Positions 1-12,458 of a stretch of DNA of 64,000 nt are shown in pieces; positions within the stretch are counted from its first letter, which is position 1; every line of letters starts with the position of its first letter. Under the pieces are notes generated by a model. That model was given only the letters and a program-made list of their open reading frames with translations. It did not search any database and had not been told where the DNA came from. The translations under genes and the position numbers were made by a program. The DNA comes from Plasmodiophora brassicae (taxonomy: Eukaryota). The stretch lies in NCBI GenBank assembly GCA_036867785.1, contig CP145415.1:682001-746000 (forward strand), given 5' to 3'.

Positions 1-851
1 CGCTGTTCAGCTTGCGAACGTAACAGCGTTCCGCCGTATACCGAGACTAGGACGTATATCCAACCATCCGGTTTTCATCACCACTATCGTCGCTTCAGCC
101 TCCAGCACCAGCAGGCAGACCCCGTCGTTAGAAGCGCTGAGTACACCTGACTCGCCAACTGACTAGGTCTCGGAACATGCATTCGGGGATGAGAGGCGCA
201 TAATGGAATGTCAAAAAGGAGAGCCGTTTGATCTCACTTGCCATGTCAGATAGGAGTTATCAAACAGATGAGTACAGGGAGCGCCCAGTGGCTGTCAAGA
301 GGGGGCACAGCTTATGTATATAGTGATCGAATATCCAATCGATGCGCAACGCCCCGCTTTTGTCAAGCAGCAATAATGCAGGAGAAACCAGGGGACCCCA
401 ACGTCTCCCAGGACACTTTGACCCGTTCCTGAATGCCAGCGTGTCACCTGCAGGGCGATCCTTCAACAAAATCGCTCTCCTGGCGACGTGCCGTCAACTA
501 CTGCTCTTGGACAGACGCTGGTGTTGCGGAAGGCAGAAATGGGCTTGGGTAACGTCGCAATATCGCGATCAGGGGTTTAGGTATCGGAATTAATTCGACT
601 GATCGACAAGCAGCAAACGGAACTCACCGGCACGCTGCTGGATGTCACCGCTGTCGTCGGAGACAACCTTCGATCGACGATCCGTGAGGGTCCCTGGAAG
701 ATGTCGCATGGCGGCAGAGGAAGTTGCGGTAACGTGGCGGCGTCGAGAGGCCACTATACCGCGGACGCCGCAGAGCTGCACTGCACCTACCGTACTTGGC
801 CCCGTGCCGTGGGGGGCCCCGTGGCACAGCTGGGCAGCCCGCAAGCGCGGC

Positions 852-3594
852 ATGATGATGCTGCTGGCACGGCGTCTGGCGGTGGTGTCGGCAAGGCGGA
901 CCTGGGCCCCGCTGGCCAGGGCGGCACGCGTCCGCCTGCCGGGGACGCCGTCGTGGCTGTCGGGTTCGTCGGCGTCGTTCGCGTCGGTGCCGCGGTTCGA
1001 CGAGGAGGAAGAGGACGAGTTCGACGATGATGATGAGGAGGAAGAGGAGTTTTCATCTGTCGAATCTGACGATGATGACGATATCGATGAGGCCGACGAC
1101 GACGATACGGACGGGGACGATAACGACGACGATGTTGACGATGACTTTGATGGAGATCATGCTGCATCCGGCGATGAGGATGACTGGGCGATGATGTCCG
1201 ACGAAGATGCGGCGTCTTCTGTGGAATCGTTAGATGTCAACCAAGCATCTGCTGAAGCTGCCGAAGCTGGCGTGACAGGGATTGCCGGAAACGAGAAGAA
1301 GAAGGAGTTCGTGCTACGCAAGGCACCGAAAGGAATGCGGCTGAAAGCAAAGTTCTATGTGCCGGTACGTCAGAGCTTACATCGTGCCTGAACCGTCTGT
1401 AACCTTTACGAGCAGGGCAAGTCTGTCGGGTCGCAATGCTACGGATGCGGTGGTATCATCGCGAAAGGGTCCGACGCTAATCGGTCAGAGATCGTTGCCG
1501 TCAGCAAATCACAGTATAGAAAGGGCATAAAACGATACGCGCTGTGCAATCGCTGTCGGAAGCTCCACAAGGCTGAAGAAGATGGTGATCCGGAGGAGGC
1601 CCCGATTGCACCTAAGCGGATCGTCGACGTCGAGGTGTTTAAGAGAGAGGCTGCAAAGGTCTGAGTATCACGGAACACGTTAACAACATCGGCGTCCTCT
1701 TACTGACGTTACGTTTGACAGATTAAAAACTCTCCAGCGTGGGTGATCCACGTCGTTGACGGTACCGATATTGACGGGTCATTGATTCGAGGCGTCCGGA
1801 CGTTTGTGGGGAAGAATCCTATAGTGCTGGCCGTCACCAAGTGCGACCTTCTTCCTGAGGATATATCTGACGAAGCAACCCATTACCGCATCAAGAAATT
1901 CATCGAAGAGCGCGCTAAGCAAAAGCAGGTCAACGTTCACGAAATCTTCTTGATGTCGGCTCTGCGAAACAGTGGCGTTGCCCCGCTTGTCAACTATATC
2001 CGGGAACGGCTCAACGGCAAGAACGTTTACGTAATTGGTAACGCGAACACGGGCAAGACGACGCTCGTCAAAGCGTTCACGCTTCGTTGCTTCGATTTGA
2101 TCAACTTCACCAACATCGCCGCGCGTAAGCGGAAGCGCATGCTGATCCGCGAGATGCCGACGACGTCGGCACTGCCAGGGACGACGCTGATGTGCGTTCG
2201 TATCCCGTGCTTCAAGAGCCATCGCCATGCACTGTTCGACACGCCGGGTCTCTTCCCCGAGCAACGATTCCACTGGGGCGAGATCTGCATGCAGAAACAG
2301 GTCATCATGCGGCCTCAGATCTGCGACTTCTCGAAACGATACGTTTTCGAACGCCGTTGGCGTCTTAAGGAGCACCCTGTTTATATCGTTGTGCGACACG
2401 GTAACGGCGGGCGCTTGACCAAACGTATTGTCTGCCTGCTGACGTGTGCTGTGGTCGTCAGTGAACAATCCGGGTGACGATGCGGGTGCATGGTACTCCC
2501 ACTTGGGTCTCACTAGCGAGCCAATGGAAATCGGTGCAACCATCCCAGACACCCACCTGCTGAAGACGTTCACACCACGTGAGGACAGACGTGGTATGTT
2601 CACGGCCGACTGTCTCTTCATTGGCCTCGGGTGGTGGTCATTTGCCTTCATGCAACCGAACGCGACGATTGAAATGTATGGTCCGAAGAAAGCCCTTGCT
2701 GCTGCACGACCGGCCATGTTCAACCCGATCTACGCCAAGCGCCAGCAGCGATGGATCGATGGTCTTCTGCGAGAAATGGGCACCACTGTCAACCGTCTTT
2801 CCGAAGACCCTGAGGTCACCTACGCGGAACGATTCGGGAAGTCGAAAGAGATCCAGTTCCGTGCCAAAGACAAGGACGAGAAGAGGGGCGGCAAGCCCAC
2901 GGCAGAGGAGAAGGACGACACGCTCGACCATGACTATGGCTTCAACGAGCCGGATATGTACGGCGGGTCGCGTGCTGATTTCGACGACCCAGACTTCCCC
3001 AGCTTCATGAAAGAAGAGCATCGCACTGGCGGCAAATCGAGGACGCGGGCGAAGAGCCAGGGAAGGACATACGGCAAGAAGCCAAGGTCTAGAGGCCATG
3101 ACGATGGGGAAAGGGCGTCATCTGCGCATCGATCGTTTGACCGACGACCATCAGGCCGTCCCTCCGGCCGCGATTCGCACTCTCAGTCGTTCAGCCGCTC
3201 TGATTCTGGTCGCGGTCCCGGTCCTCGATCGTTCAACCGCTCTGATTCTGGTCGCGATCCCGGCCCTCGATCGTTCAACCGCTCTGATTCTGGTCGCGGT
3301 CCCGGCCCTCGATCGTTCAACCGCTCTGATTCTGGTCGCGGTCCCGGCCCTCGATCGTTCAACCGCTCTGATTCTGGTCGCGGTCCCGGCCCTCGATCGT
3401 TCAACCGCTCTGATTCTGGTCGCGGTCCCGGCCCTCGATCGTTCAACCGCTCTAGTTCAGATCGCGGGTCTGAGCCTCGATCGTCCCGGCGCTCCGGTTC
3501 CGATCGATCATCGCAGCCGAGGTCTGGTTCACAATCGCAGTCGAAGAAGTTCATCAACTTCGGCAGTGACTTCGACGACTTCGACAGCGCCTGA
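852..3594 (+). CDS. NOA1: NOA1/YqeH-family circularly permuted GTPase, probably mitochondrial (4 exons)
   Basis: Arg/Ala-rich presequence-like start (MMMLLARRLAVVSARR) and an acidic tract. Zn finger CYGC...CNRC appears after splicing out 1365-1415. Permuted G motifs in order: G4 TKCD, G5 MSA, G1 GNANTGKT, G2 PGTT, G3 DTPG. Introns 1365-1415, 1659-1721 and 2401-2461 keep the frame. Confidence 0.88.
3187..3480 (+). repeat. 42-bp coding tandem repeat (SFNRSDSGRGPGPR), 6 near-perfect copies plus 1 degenerate
   Basis: Unit tcgttcaaccgctctgattctggtcgcggtcccggccctcga is repeated directly in the last NOA1 exon. Confidence 0.97.
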
Positions 3595-3866
3595 CGAGGC
3601 TGTCGCTCTGTACAAGCATTATACAGTCGAATCGACCTTATTTGTTACATAGCGTTAAAGTGCCTTTTATGGGCTAAAATATGTGGATTCGCCATAGACG
3701 CCTGCTCGGCACATAATACTCGAAGACCGGTGTGCCATTTCTCACGCTCCAAGCTTCGACAACACGACAAGACACGATGTGAAGATACGCGACGCGTTAC
3801 GAAGGGTACTGGGTGGACCTGGGACAATCGCGGAGCGACAAACGAGGTTGTTCGCATCCTCAGGAG

Positions 3867-3940
3867 CGATTGCATGCACGTCAAATGGAAGAACTGCGCA
3901 TGCAGATGGACAGTTCTTCCATTTGACGGGAATGTAATCG
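3867..3940. repeat. Inverted repeat / 74-nt hairpin (pre-miRNA-like)
   Basis: Arms 3867-3896 and 3911-3940 are complementary at 27/30 positions, with an 18-bp perfect core (cgtcaaatggaagaactg / cagttcttccatttgacg). Confidence 0.9.
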
Positions 3941-4617
3941 AGCAGTGATAGTCGGGATATATACCATCCACCAGACAGTACGGTACAGAGTACTCGTTCT
4001 GACCAACTGAGTATCCAGGTCGAGAGCCGCCCCATCCGCACTTGGCTGCCACCTTTGGCCGCTGGTTGGGCATTTGCTCGCCCGGCCGTGATGACGTCAT
4101 CAATACCATCATCAATGCTAGATGAGGACGAGTCTTCCGATTCCTCATCGGCTTGTCGCCTCCATACGCTGTCTCTATCGCTGCACTCCATCTGACGACT
4201 GACGGCGGCTTTTCCCCGCGGTGGTGCCGGACCCCAAAATACGATAATTATCAGATGTGACGAATGTTGTGCGGTGGAGATGCTCTAAGATGCTCGGCCA
4301 CCTTCAGTACTACTTCTACGCGTACAAGACCCGCCGTCCTCGTCGCAGACGCGTAGCACGCAAACTTCTCAGCTAGCTGATGCCATTTGCAATGTCACTC
4401 CAGCAGACGGTGCGTTTCGTCGCTTGCATACGCGCAATGACCAGCAACATCACAGTGCACGATCACCGGGATCCGCAAACAGAGTCATTTCAAACATACG
4501 TTCGGACTGGTGTCTCATCGAACGCCTGGTGGTCAACCCATCCACTTCCGACAACGTGCTTCTGACTTCGACACTTCGTAATCGCGGCGTCCGAGGTTAC
4601 AGTCTACGCAGTCCGTG

Positions 4618-5977
4618 ATGACTACTGTCGTCGATCGTGATGTCTCGCAGGAGCGGACTTCCTTGCTGTCAAGCATCCTGAGTGCCGTTCAGGAGCGCCT
4701 CCTAGCGGACCATGTCAGTTCAGCCGATTTGCGTAAAGCGGTACACTTTGATGGTTACCCTGCCGCTCCTGGTCCTTGCTGACGCCGTCGGATAGGGACG
4801 GTTGTTACGCCCGACTGACTATGATCTCGTCGTTGATGAGCGTGTCCATACGCGACGATGTGGATTGCCGACATGCAGTAACGAGATACAAGCCGAGCGA
4901 GCTACATACCGAATCAATCCATCTGAGCAACGCGTGTACGCGAGGCCCGCGGTTCAGTTCTGCAGCGATGCTTGCATGAGACTATCGACTACGTTTCGCG
5001 CTTCTCTGTCAGAGGAGCCTATTGGTCAGAGAAAGGCGGTGTTAGATGCCATTGATGGAGGTACAAACCCCCTGCCCACTGCCCTTAAAGTCAAAGGTCA
5101 GTGATACGGCATCTGCTGATCTCGTGAACTGAGATCATTTCCGAACAGAAAAGCCGCTCGTGGAACATGCTCCTGCTCCTCCACCTGAGGAGTCTGTCAT
5201 TTCATCATCCCCAACGGTACTGTGATTGTAAAAGTAGCAGGATGGTCCGATGACATCATCTCGCAGGGAACGTTCGCGGACATGCTTTTCGAGCTGTCCA
5301 TCGCTGCTAAAGAAGAATTGGAGGTGTCCTCGGAGCAGCATGAGCCCGACGTCATACCCATTGAGAAACCCGTTCTGGAACTTAAGGAAAGCGACAAGGC
5401 GCTGTCGATGTTTGCGCGTCTGTTTTCAGTGGCTATGCGATGGTCCATGGAAACCCCGAATGCGCCATCGCGTACAGAAGCGGATCGGGAAAGACTTTCA
5501 TCTGTGCTGAAGAGTGTGGAACCGAGGTATCCCTAGACTTTGCTTGTGTGGGGAACTGAAGCACTGAAACTGATCAGGTTACAACGGCAGCTAAAGTGGT
5601 TGTATGCACATGATGAATCACGCGCGTCTACCGTCTTCGGGCATGTGAGAACATATATCGTCACGTTTGCTCTGGATCGCCCCGTGGTCGCTGCGGTGGA
5701 CTGGTCTGCAATGTCGGTGGTTATTCTTTACAAGTATGGTTCCGCAAAGTACGCCCGCCTGTCTATCTGATGTTTGGACATTGCAGAGTGTTGCAAAGTG
5801 TCGGCGGAAATGACGATCTGTCAGAATTTAGCCAAACTATCGGTATCTCGCTCGTACGTTCTCATGTCGCGCGTCTAACTCCACTTCCAATGTCCAGGGC
5901 CAACTGTCGCTGACCAGTTATCATTAGACGAGATTGAAGCTGTTGCACAGGTTCTGCCTGAACCAGTTCGTTATTAA
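4618..5977 (+). CDS. RPAP2: RPAP2/Rtr1 RNA polymerase II CTD phosphatase-like protein (multi-exon; 3' end approximate)
   Basis: YDLVVDER..CGLPTC..YRI..RVY..FCSDAC..S..F..L..EP matches the RPAP2/Rtr1 Zn-finger domain. ATG at 4618, intron 4741-4795 in frame. Confidence 0.8.
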
Positions 5978-6823
5978 ACACTTCTGTCGTGTCGTATTTT
6001 ATAAAACTCTGTCAAGGCATGGCGACTTCTATAGCTTGAGGATGAGTACCGGCCAGGATCAACAATCAGCGCGATACATCCAGACACGGTGCAGATCAGC
6101 AAATGCGGGGTTCGCTTGCTGTCAGGCAAGCTGCTCGCCCTACGGTTTCCGATTAATTGGTAGGCTGGCCGCCCTAAAGGTAGGATTGTGTAACGACTAT
6201 TCACGGTATGGCCATTGTCATGTCTTCTTCTCACAGCGCTCCTTGCCGCAATGTGGCCAGCGTCAACCAGCGCCGACGATGGATAGTGCTGCGTTGACGA
6301 ACGAGAAACGCCCTCGCAATCATTGTCTGTCGCACAAAGTTCCATCAATCAATTGATCAGGACGCAGCCGTCTCGAACGCAAAGGGATAACAGCAATGTA
6401 TACTGAACTCAAATGTGTACTGAACTCGCGAATGAGACCTGACTGTTTCACGACGCCGGGGGTGTGGTCGGGAAATTTCTCTCCACAGACGATACATTTC
6501 CCGACCGGGCCCGCTGCTGCGGTTCCGCATCAGCTCCTGATTGTACCAGTAAAGATGGGCGTCGTGTACACATCTCGTTTCCGGCGGCATCGAATCTGGC
6601 ATCAGACATACGTGGTTGTTCATGCGTCACCTACCTAGGCAGCATGGAGTGCAGAGTCGACAGCGATGCATTGTCGTCCTCCGGACGTCATGGCCCTCAG
6701 CGATGTTGAGCATGTAGCACAAAGCAACCGCGCGCGTACCTCTCGGTAAGTGCCGCGGCCAGCACCTGCACGTCGCGGAGTCCGCTACGGAGTTCATTTC
6801 TGGTTTCAGCCGTTTCGCCATCC

Positions 6824-7753
6824 ATGAGCAGCGGAAGCTTGGTCGGCGGTTTCAACTGGGCCGACGAGGCCGCCGCCGATGTCCTGGCGCTCGAATCGGT
6901 GCTGCCGGCGTCCCACGAGGTTTATGATCCGGCGACGGGCATCCGGACCGTGATCGAGTACCACTTCAACGACAAGGGCCAGAAGGTGCAGACGATTCGG
7001 AAGTTCAAGAAGACGACACAGACGGTCAAGGTCAACAAGAACGTTGAACGCCGAAAACATCTTACAGAATTCGGTGATGCCAAGGGACAAACTGAAGCGA
7101 TCCGACGCAACGTCACCTATTTCGCCATTGATGAGATCGTTCTTGATCTGAGTCGAAAAACTGAGACGGACGAAGACGTCAACGATCCGCTCAACAAGCT
7201 CAGCGGCAAGTCCATTGTCATTTGCCGGCTCTGCGGTGCTGTCGGCGACCACTGGACGCTTAAATGCCCGAAGCGCGAGACCGCACTCGGCGCTGGCGAG
7301 AGACCGTCGCCTACGGCCGCTGGCGAATCGGCGTCTACTCCTACGGGTGCTTCTACTACTGGAAGGTACGTCCCGCCAGCGAACCGGCCCGGTGCCTCAG
7401 CGGCTATGCGTGCTGGCTTGGACAAGGACGACCTGCCAACGATCCGCATTACGAACCTGAGCGAGGACACGACTGAAAGCGATCTCAGCGAACTGCTAGC
7501 ACCATTCGGTCACGTCATGCGCATCCGCCTGGCGAAGGATCGCGTCACGATGCGCAGCAAGGGGTACGCGTTCATCTCCTTCACCACACACGACAGCGCG
7601 CAGCGTGCCATCGACAGACTGCAAGGCTACGGGTACGACAACCTCATCCTCCGCGCCGAATGGTCCCGTAGCATGCAGCAGCTCATGCGCGAGCGGGAGG
7701 AGAAGGAGGCCGCGGAACGCCAGCAACAGGCGGAGCGCATGGGCTCCCGCTAG
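6824..7753 (+). CDS. EIF3G: Translation initiation factor eIF3 subunit G
   Basis: N-terminal WADE motif, Zn knuckle CRLCGAVGDHWTLKCP, YVPP motif, C-terminal RRM (IRITNL, KGYAFISF, GYGYDNLIL). Intronless, 309 aa. Confidence 0.96.
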   Translation: MSSGSLVGGFNWADEAAADVLALESVLPASHEVYDPATGIRTVIEYHFNDKGQKVQTIRKFKKTTQTVKVNKNVERRKHLTEFGDAKGQTEAIRRNVTYFAIDEIVLDLSRKTETDEDVNDPLNKLSGKSIVICRLCGAVGDHWTLKCPKRETALGAGERPSPTAAGESASTPTGASTTGRYVPPANRPGASAAMRAGLDKDDLPTIRITNLSEDTTESDLSELLAPFGHVMRIRLAKDRVTMRSKGYAFISFTTHDSAQRAIDRLQGYGYDNLILRAEWSRSMQQLMREREEKEAAERQQQAERMGSR

Positions 7754-8009
7754 TCGCCGCAACCACGTTACCGGAATACAAAGTTTATAACCTTCACCGT
7801 GCACACGATGAATGTTCGGGATGCTAACCCAGGGGCACGGTCCCGCCACGGTGGTAGCCGTAGGTAGGTCGCCGAAGACGGATTGTCCGTCGCCGAGTCC
7901 CGCACATTTTGCGGCATCTTGCTGTTGGCACTATTGGCACAGATCCCATCAGGCTCAGCCATAATTCAAACGGCGTGGTCGGCGTTGTTGGATCGGTGGC
8001 GGCGACCGC

Positions 8010-11000
8010 ATGGAGCGTTTGCTGGATTTCAACGTCCCGCTTGATACGGGCCTGCTGGACCAGGCTGTGGATGAGTTCTTCAGTGGGAGGTCGTCGCCCG
8101 CCGTGCAGGAGGTGCTCGTCAAGTTCCAGGACCATCCCGATTCCTGGTTGCGCGTCGACCAGATCCTGGAGAAGTCGCAGAGCAACAACACCAAGATCAT
8201 TGCGCTGAACATTCTCGAAAATGCGGTCAAGTCCAGATGGAAGGTGCTGCCTGCCGAACATAAAGAAGGCATCAAGAAGTACATTGTCGACCAGATAATT
8301 AAGATGTATGTAGCTGCCGCTGATGCTGAAGTTGGCCTTCCAGTTGACTTTTGTCCGTTCAGGTCGTCGAATTACGATACACTGAAGGCTCAGTCCGTAT
8401 TCGTTCGCAAGCTCAACCTTATCCTCGTCCAGGTTGTCAAACGCGAGTGGCCCCAAAACTGGCCGTCGTTTATCCCCGATCTTGTGAATTCGTCGAAGCA
8501 GAGCGAGTCTTTGTGCGCCAACAACATGGAAATCTTGAAGCTGCTTAGTGAGGAGATATTTGATTATTCCAAAGATGAGATGACGCAGGCGGATAGGAAG
8601 GTTGTCCAGGTATGTTTCCAGCATAACTGTCTGCTGTTGCCATCCGTAATCGTCGCCGCTCAGGTCAATCTTAACGCAGAATTCGGCCTTATTTTCCAGC
8701 TCTGCCAGTATGTGCTCAGCGTGTCCCAGGACCCTGCCCTGCTGAGCACTACGCTGTCGACGCTACAGCGTTTCTTGTCCTGGATACCAGTTGGATTCAT
8801 TTTCGAGACGGACCTGCTTGAGCTGCTGGCAGTCAAATTCCTTCGAGAGCCACTCTTCCAAAACAAGGCCTTGTGGTGCCTGGCCGATATTGGATCTCTA
8901 CAAGGACCGGAACTGCAGCAGTTTGCACCGAAGTTCTATCAACTGTTCAACGCTGTTATTCAACATGTGAGCGTAATTCTTCCTCCCAACCTGAATACCG
9001 TCGAAATCTATGCGGCTGGGAACGCCCAGACACAAGCGTTCTTCCGGTACGAATGTGTTGATACGGCTCTCGGGGTTCGGTACACTAATCTATGCGTGGC
9101 ACAGGCACCTTGCGAACTTCTTGACTGGGTTCTTGTCTTCGCATCTGTCCATGCTCGAGAATGGGCCGCAGGATGTTGTTGAACTCATCGTACCTGCTCT
9201 CCGAATACTCTTGCGCATTTCCGAAATCCATGAGTCTGTCATCTTTAAGATCTGCCTGGACTTCTGGTTCAAATTTGTCTCTGAACTTTATCTTTCGCGG
9301 AATGCTGGCACTCCCACTGATCAGAGCGCGATGTTCATGATGGGCGCTGGATTCAACAGGCCTGTTGCAATGAATCCGAAATTGCAGCGCTATGCCCCAG
9401 CTCTTTCTCAGTTGAGGATTGTACTCATTAGTAGAATGGCGAAACCTGAAGAGGTTTTGATCGTGGAAAATGAGCACGGTGAAATTGTCAAGGAGACTCT
9501 GAAAGACACGGACTCGATTCAGCTCTATATGAGCATGCGCCATTGCCTTGTCTATCTGACGCATCTTGACCCCGAAGACACTCAGGTAGCGACGTCTCCG
9601 CAATTGTCCATGCGTCTTTTAACGATTTGAATGTAGGTGATCATGCTTAGCAAACTTAACAGACAAATTGACGGCAGTGAGTGGAGCTGGCGCAATCTAA
9701 ACACGCTTTGTTGGGCGATCGGGTCAATTAGCGGGGCCATGTCCGAAGAAATGGAGAAGGACTTTCTTGTCAGTGTCATCAAGGACCTTCTCGGTCTGTG
9801 CGAGCTGAAACGCGGCAAAGAACACAAAGCTGTATAACAGCGTCGACCCTGTTGAGTTGCGCACAGTGCTGATTGTTTCTGGATAGGTGATCGCCAGCAA
9901 CATTATGTATGTCGTTGGACAATATCCGAGGTTTCTGAGACAGCACTGGCGATTCTTGAAGACTGTTGTTAAGAAACTCTTCGAGTTCATGCACGAGTCA
10001 TACCCAGGGGTCCAAGACATGGCTTGCGACACCTTCCTGAAGATCGCCAAACGATGCCGGAAGAAGTTTGTCATTCTCCAGCGGTCAGAGATGTCCCCGT
10101 TTATCGAGGAAATCCTGCAGGATCTGCCTGAGATTATCAAAGACCTTCAGCCCTCCCAGATTCAGTGCTTCTACGAGGCCGTTGGATTCGTGATCGGTGC
10201 GGAGACCAATGCGGAGACGCGTCAGCGTCTTGTGCTCTCGTTGATGAACATGCCTAATCAGTCCTGGACTGGGATTGTCGCGCAGGCCAATCAGCGCTTG
10301 GAGTCACTCTGGGACCCCAAAACCGTCGCAAGCGTTAAGACCATTCTCCGCACGAACGCTTTCGTCGCACGATCTCTTGGGCCTGGGTACATGGTTCAAT
10401 TCGGACGCATTTACCTCGAAATGCTGAACATCTACCGAGCTTACAGCGAGTTTATCTCAGCCAAGGTTGCCCAGAACCCGATCGAAATCCATTCTTCGCT
10501 GGTTCGTGGCATGCGCGCTGTTAAGTCGGAAATTCTGCAACTCATCCAGGCCTTTATCGAGTCCGCCCAGGCGGCAGACTTTGATGCCATCGTCGCAAAC
10601 TTTCTCCCGCCCTTGTTGGAACCTGTTCTGGATGATTATAGCCGCGCTGTCCCTGACGCTCGTGACGCCACTGTTCTGTCCCTGTTCGCTACCATCATTG
10701 AGAAGCTGGGCCAGAAGATTACCGAAGCTGTTCCCCGAGTACTGGACTCGCTGTTCCAGCCAACGATCGACATGATCACGACGAACTTTGAGGACTATCC
10801 CGACCATCGCATCCACTTCTTCTCCTTACTTCGTGCTGTTAACCTAACCTGCTTTGCTGCGTTCTTCTTGATCAGCGCAGAGAAGTTCCAGATGGTTATG
10901 AACTCTATCGCATGGTCTTTCAAGCACCTTGGTATGTGCGTTATCGTATTGTTATATCTATCGGGCGCTGATATACTTGTGTGCTTGTAGAACGGAACGT

Positions 11001-11616
11001 TGCCGATACAGGCTTGAACCTTCTCTATGAATTGTTGCAGAACGTCGAGAAGTCAGAAGTTGTCAACGATTTCTACTGTGCCTACATGCTGTCGATTCTT
11101 CAGGACGTTCTTGCCGTGTTGACTGACACCTTCCATAAGCCGGGCTTCAAAATGCATGCTCAGATCCTTGCCAAGCTTTTCGGAGCTGTCGAGAGCGGGC
11201 GTATCACGGTTCCTTTATGGAATGCCCAAGGGGCGGGTGCCAACCAGTTCTCTAACAATCAGCAATTCATCCGTCACTTCGTTGAAGACCTGCTGCGTAA
11301 GGCGTTCCCTCAGGTTACGCCTGCCCAGATCAGTGGCTTCGTCCAAGGATTGTTCCAGTTACACCTTGACCTCACACGGTTCAAGGAACATTTGAGAGAC
11401 TTCCTCGTTCAACTCAAGGAATTTTCAGGTTCGTCTATCTGCAATGTTTCCGATGACACTACTGACCCTGTTGCAGCTGACAATGCGGACCTGTTCCTCG
11501 AGGAACAAGAGCAGGCAAAGAAAGCGAGGGAAGAGGCGATGAAAGCAATCCCAGGCATGGACTACGTTCCGCCATCCATGCGCTCCGGTGCCGACGAGGT
11601 GCGGTCGTTCGATTGA
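8010..11616 (+). CDS. XPO1: Exportin-1 (CRM1), multi-exon
   Basis: Importin-beta N-terminal domain, [107 protein letters not shown]. Short GT-AG introns, e.g. 8306-8362 and 8610-8663. Confidence 0.97.
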
Positions 11617-12458
11617 TAAAATCATTGCTAATCGACAACCTATCCATAAGCGATAGAAAATGGTCACACACATCACGTGCCGAGTTACGACGATCACAGA
11701 TTCGCTCACAAACTCACTGTCTCCAAGCAGGACGCGATCGGAAAAGGTCGACAGGCAGTTGCCGATGCCAGCCTCTCTACTGCAACATGCCACGTGCTGA
11801 GCGAGTTTCCCCAGTTGTACTATTGTTTGAACGCCGTTGTACGCTCGAGGGTGGTAGAAACCAATTGAGCATTCGCGCCTCGTCAAGGTTCGCGTGCGAG
11901 TACAGAGTAACATGAATACTGACAGCCTTGGTTTGTACGGGGACACGTCTAGCTCCGCCTTTGTCCCGAGGAAGTAGTGCCCGCGCTCATGCAGAATCTG
12001 TCCGTGTACGAACGACTGGAAGATGTTGTCATCGGTGACGATGGATTCCGTTTCCGCCGAGATTCGTCGTGAGCAAGGTCTGGGCAACATCGTGCAGCCT
12101 GGTCGTATTCGCTGTTGAACTGCTGGGGCTTGCCCTGGTACAGGTCGAAGTTGTGTCGGCCTGTTCGAAAGAGCATGCGTGCCGGCGAATGGGAGATGGC
12201 AATGGGCGGTGAAGGGGGAAAATAAAGACACGTCTATCGTTCGCCTATCGTTGTTGACCTGTGCTAATATCTGTGCACAGGGAAATGGCCAGATCGGTGG
12301 TCGTGCTGCTTATCAGGCCCATCCCCTATAGAGGGATGCATCCGTTGAGGGCGATCTCGTATGGTTGTGTTGCTGCTGCAGACCAGGGTTGGGACAAGAC
12401 TCAGTGATCGATCTGTCTGCATACTGCCCACGACGTGGTCATGAATCTGACATATGGT

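Noticed and set aside
570-583. aggggtttagg, resembling a telomeric repeat or telomerase template
   Set aside because: A single imperfect unit, expected by chance.
1-850. Short ORFs and a possible leftward spliced gene upstream of NOA1
   Set aside because: No consistent exon chain or recognisable motif could be built.
3187-3480. Possible CRISPR-like array
   Set aside because: Units are contiguous with no unique spacers, in frame within a eukaryotic CDS.
3098-3652. Repetitive ORFs (STALILVAVPALDR; ERLNDRGPGPRPES)
   Set aside because: Alternative-frame and antisense shadows of the NOA1 42-bp repeat.
3645-4191. ORFs 3742-4191(-), 3645-4148(-) and 3730-3948(+)
   Set aside because: No homology. 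The same VKWKNC..VLPFD peptide on both strands simply reflects the inverted repeat. A small gene cannot be fully excluded.
6627-6821. Minus-strand ORF starting 3 nt from the eIF3g ATG
   Set aside because: It leaves no room for promoters and has no recognisable product.
11425-12231. 268-aa minus ORF overlapping the XPO1 3' end
   Set aside because: Non-ATG start, overlaps a conserved gene, and strand evidence is contradictory.
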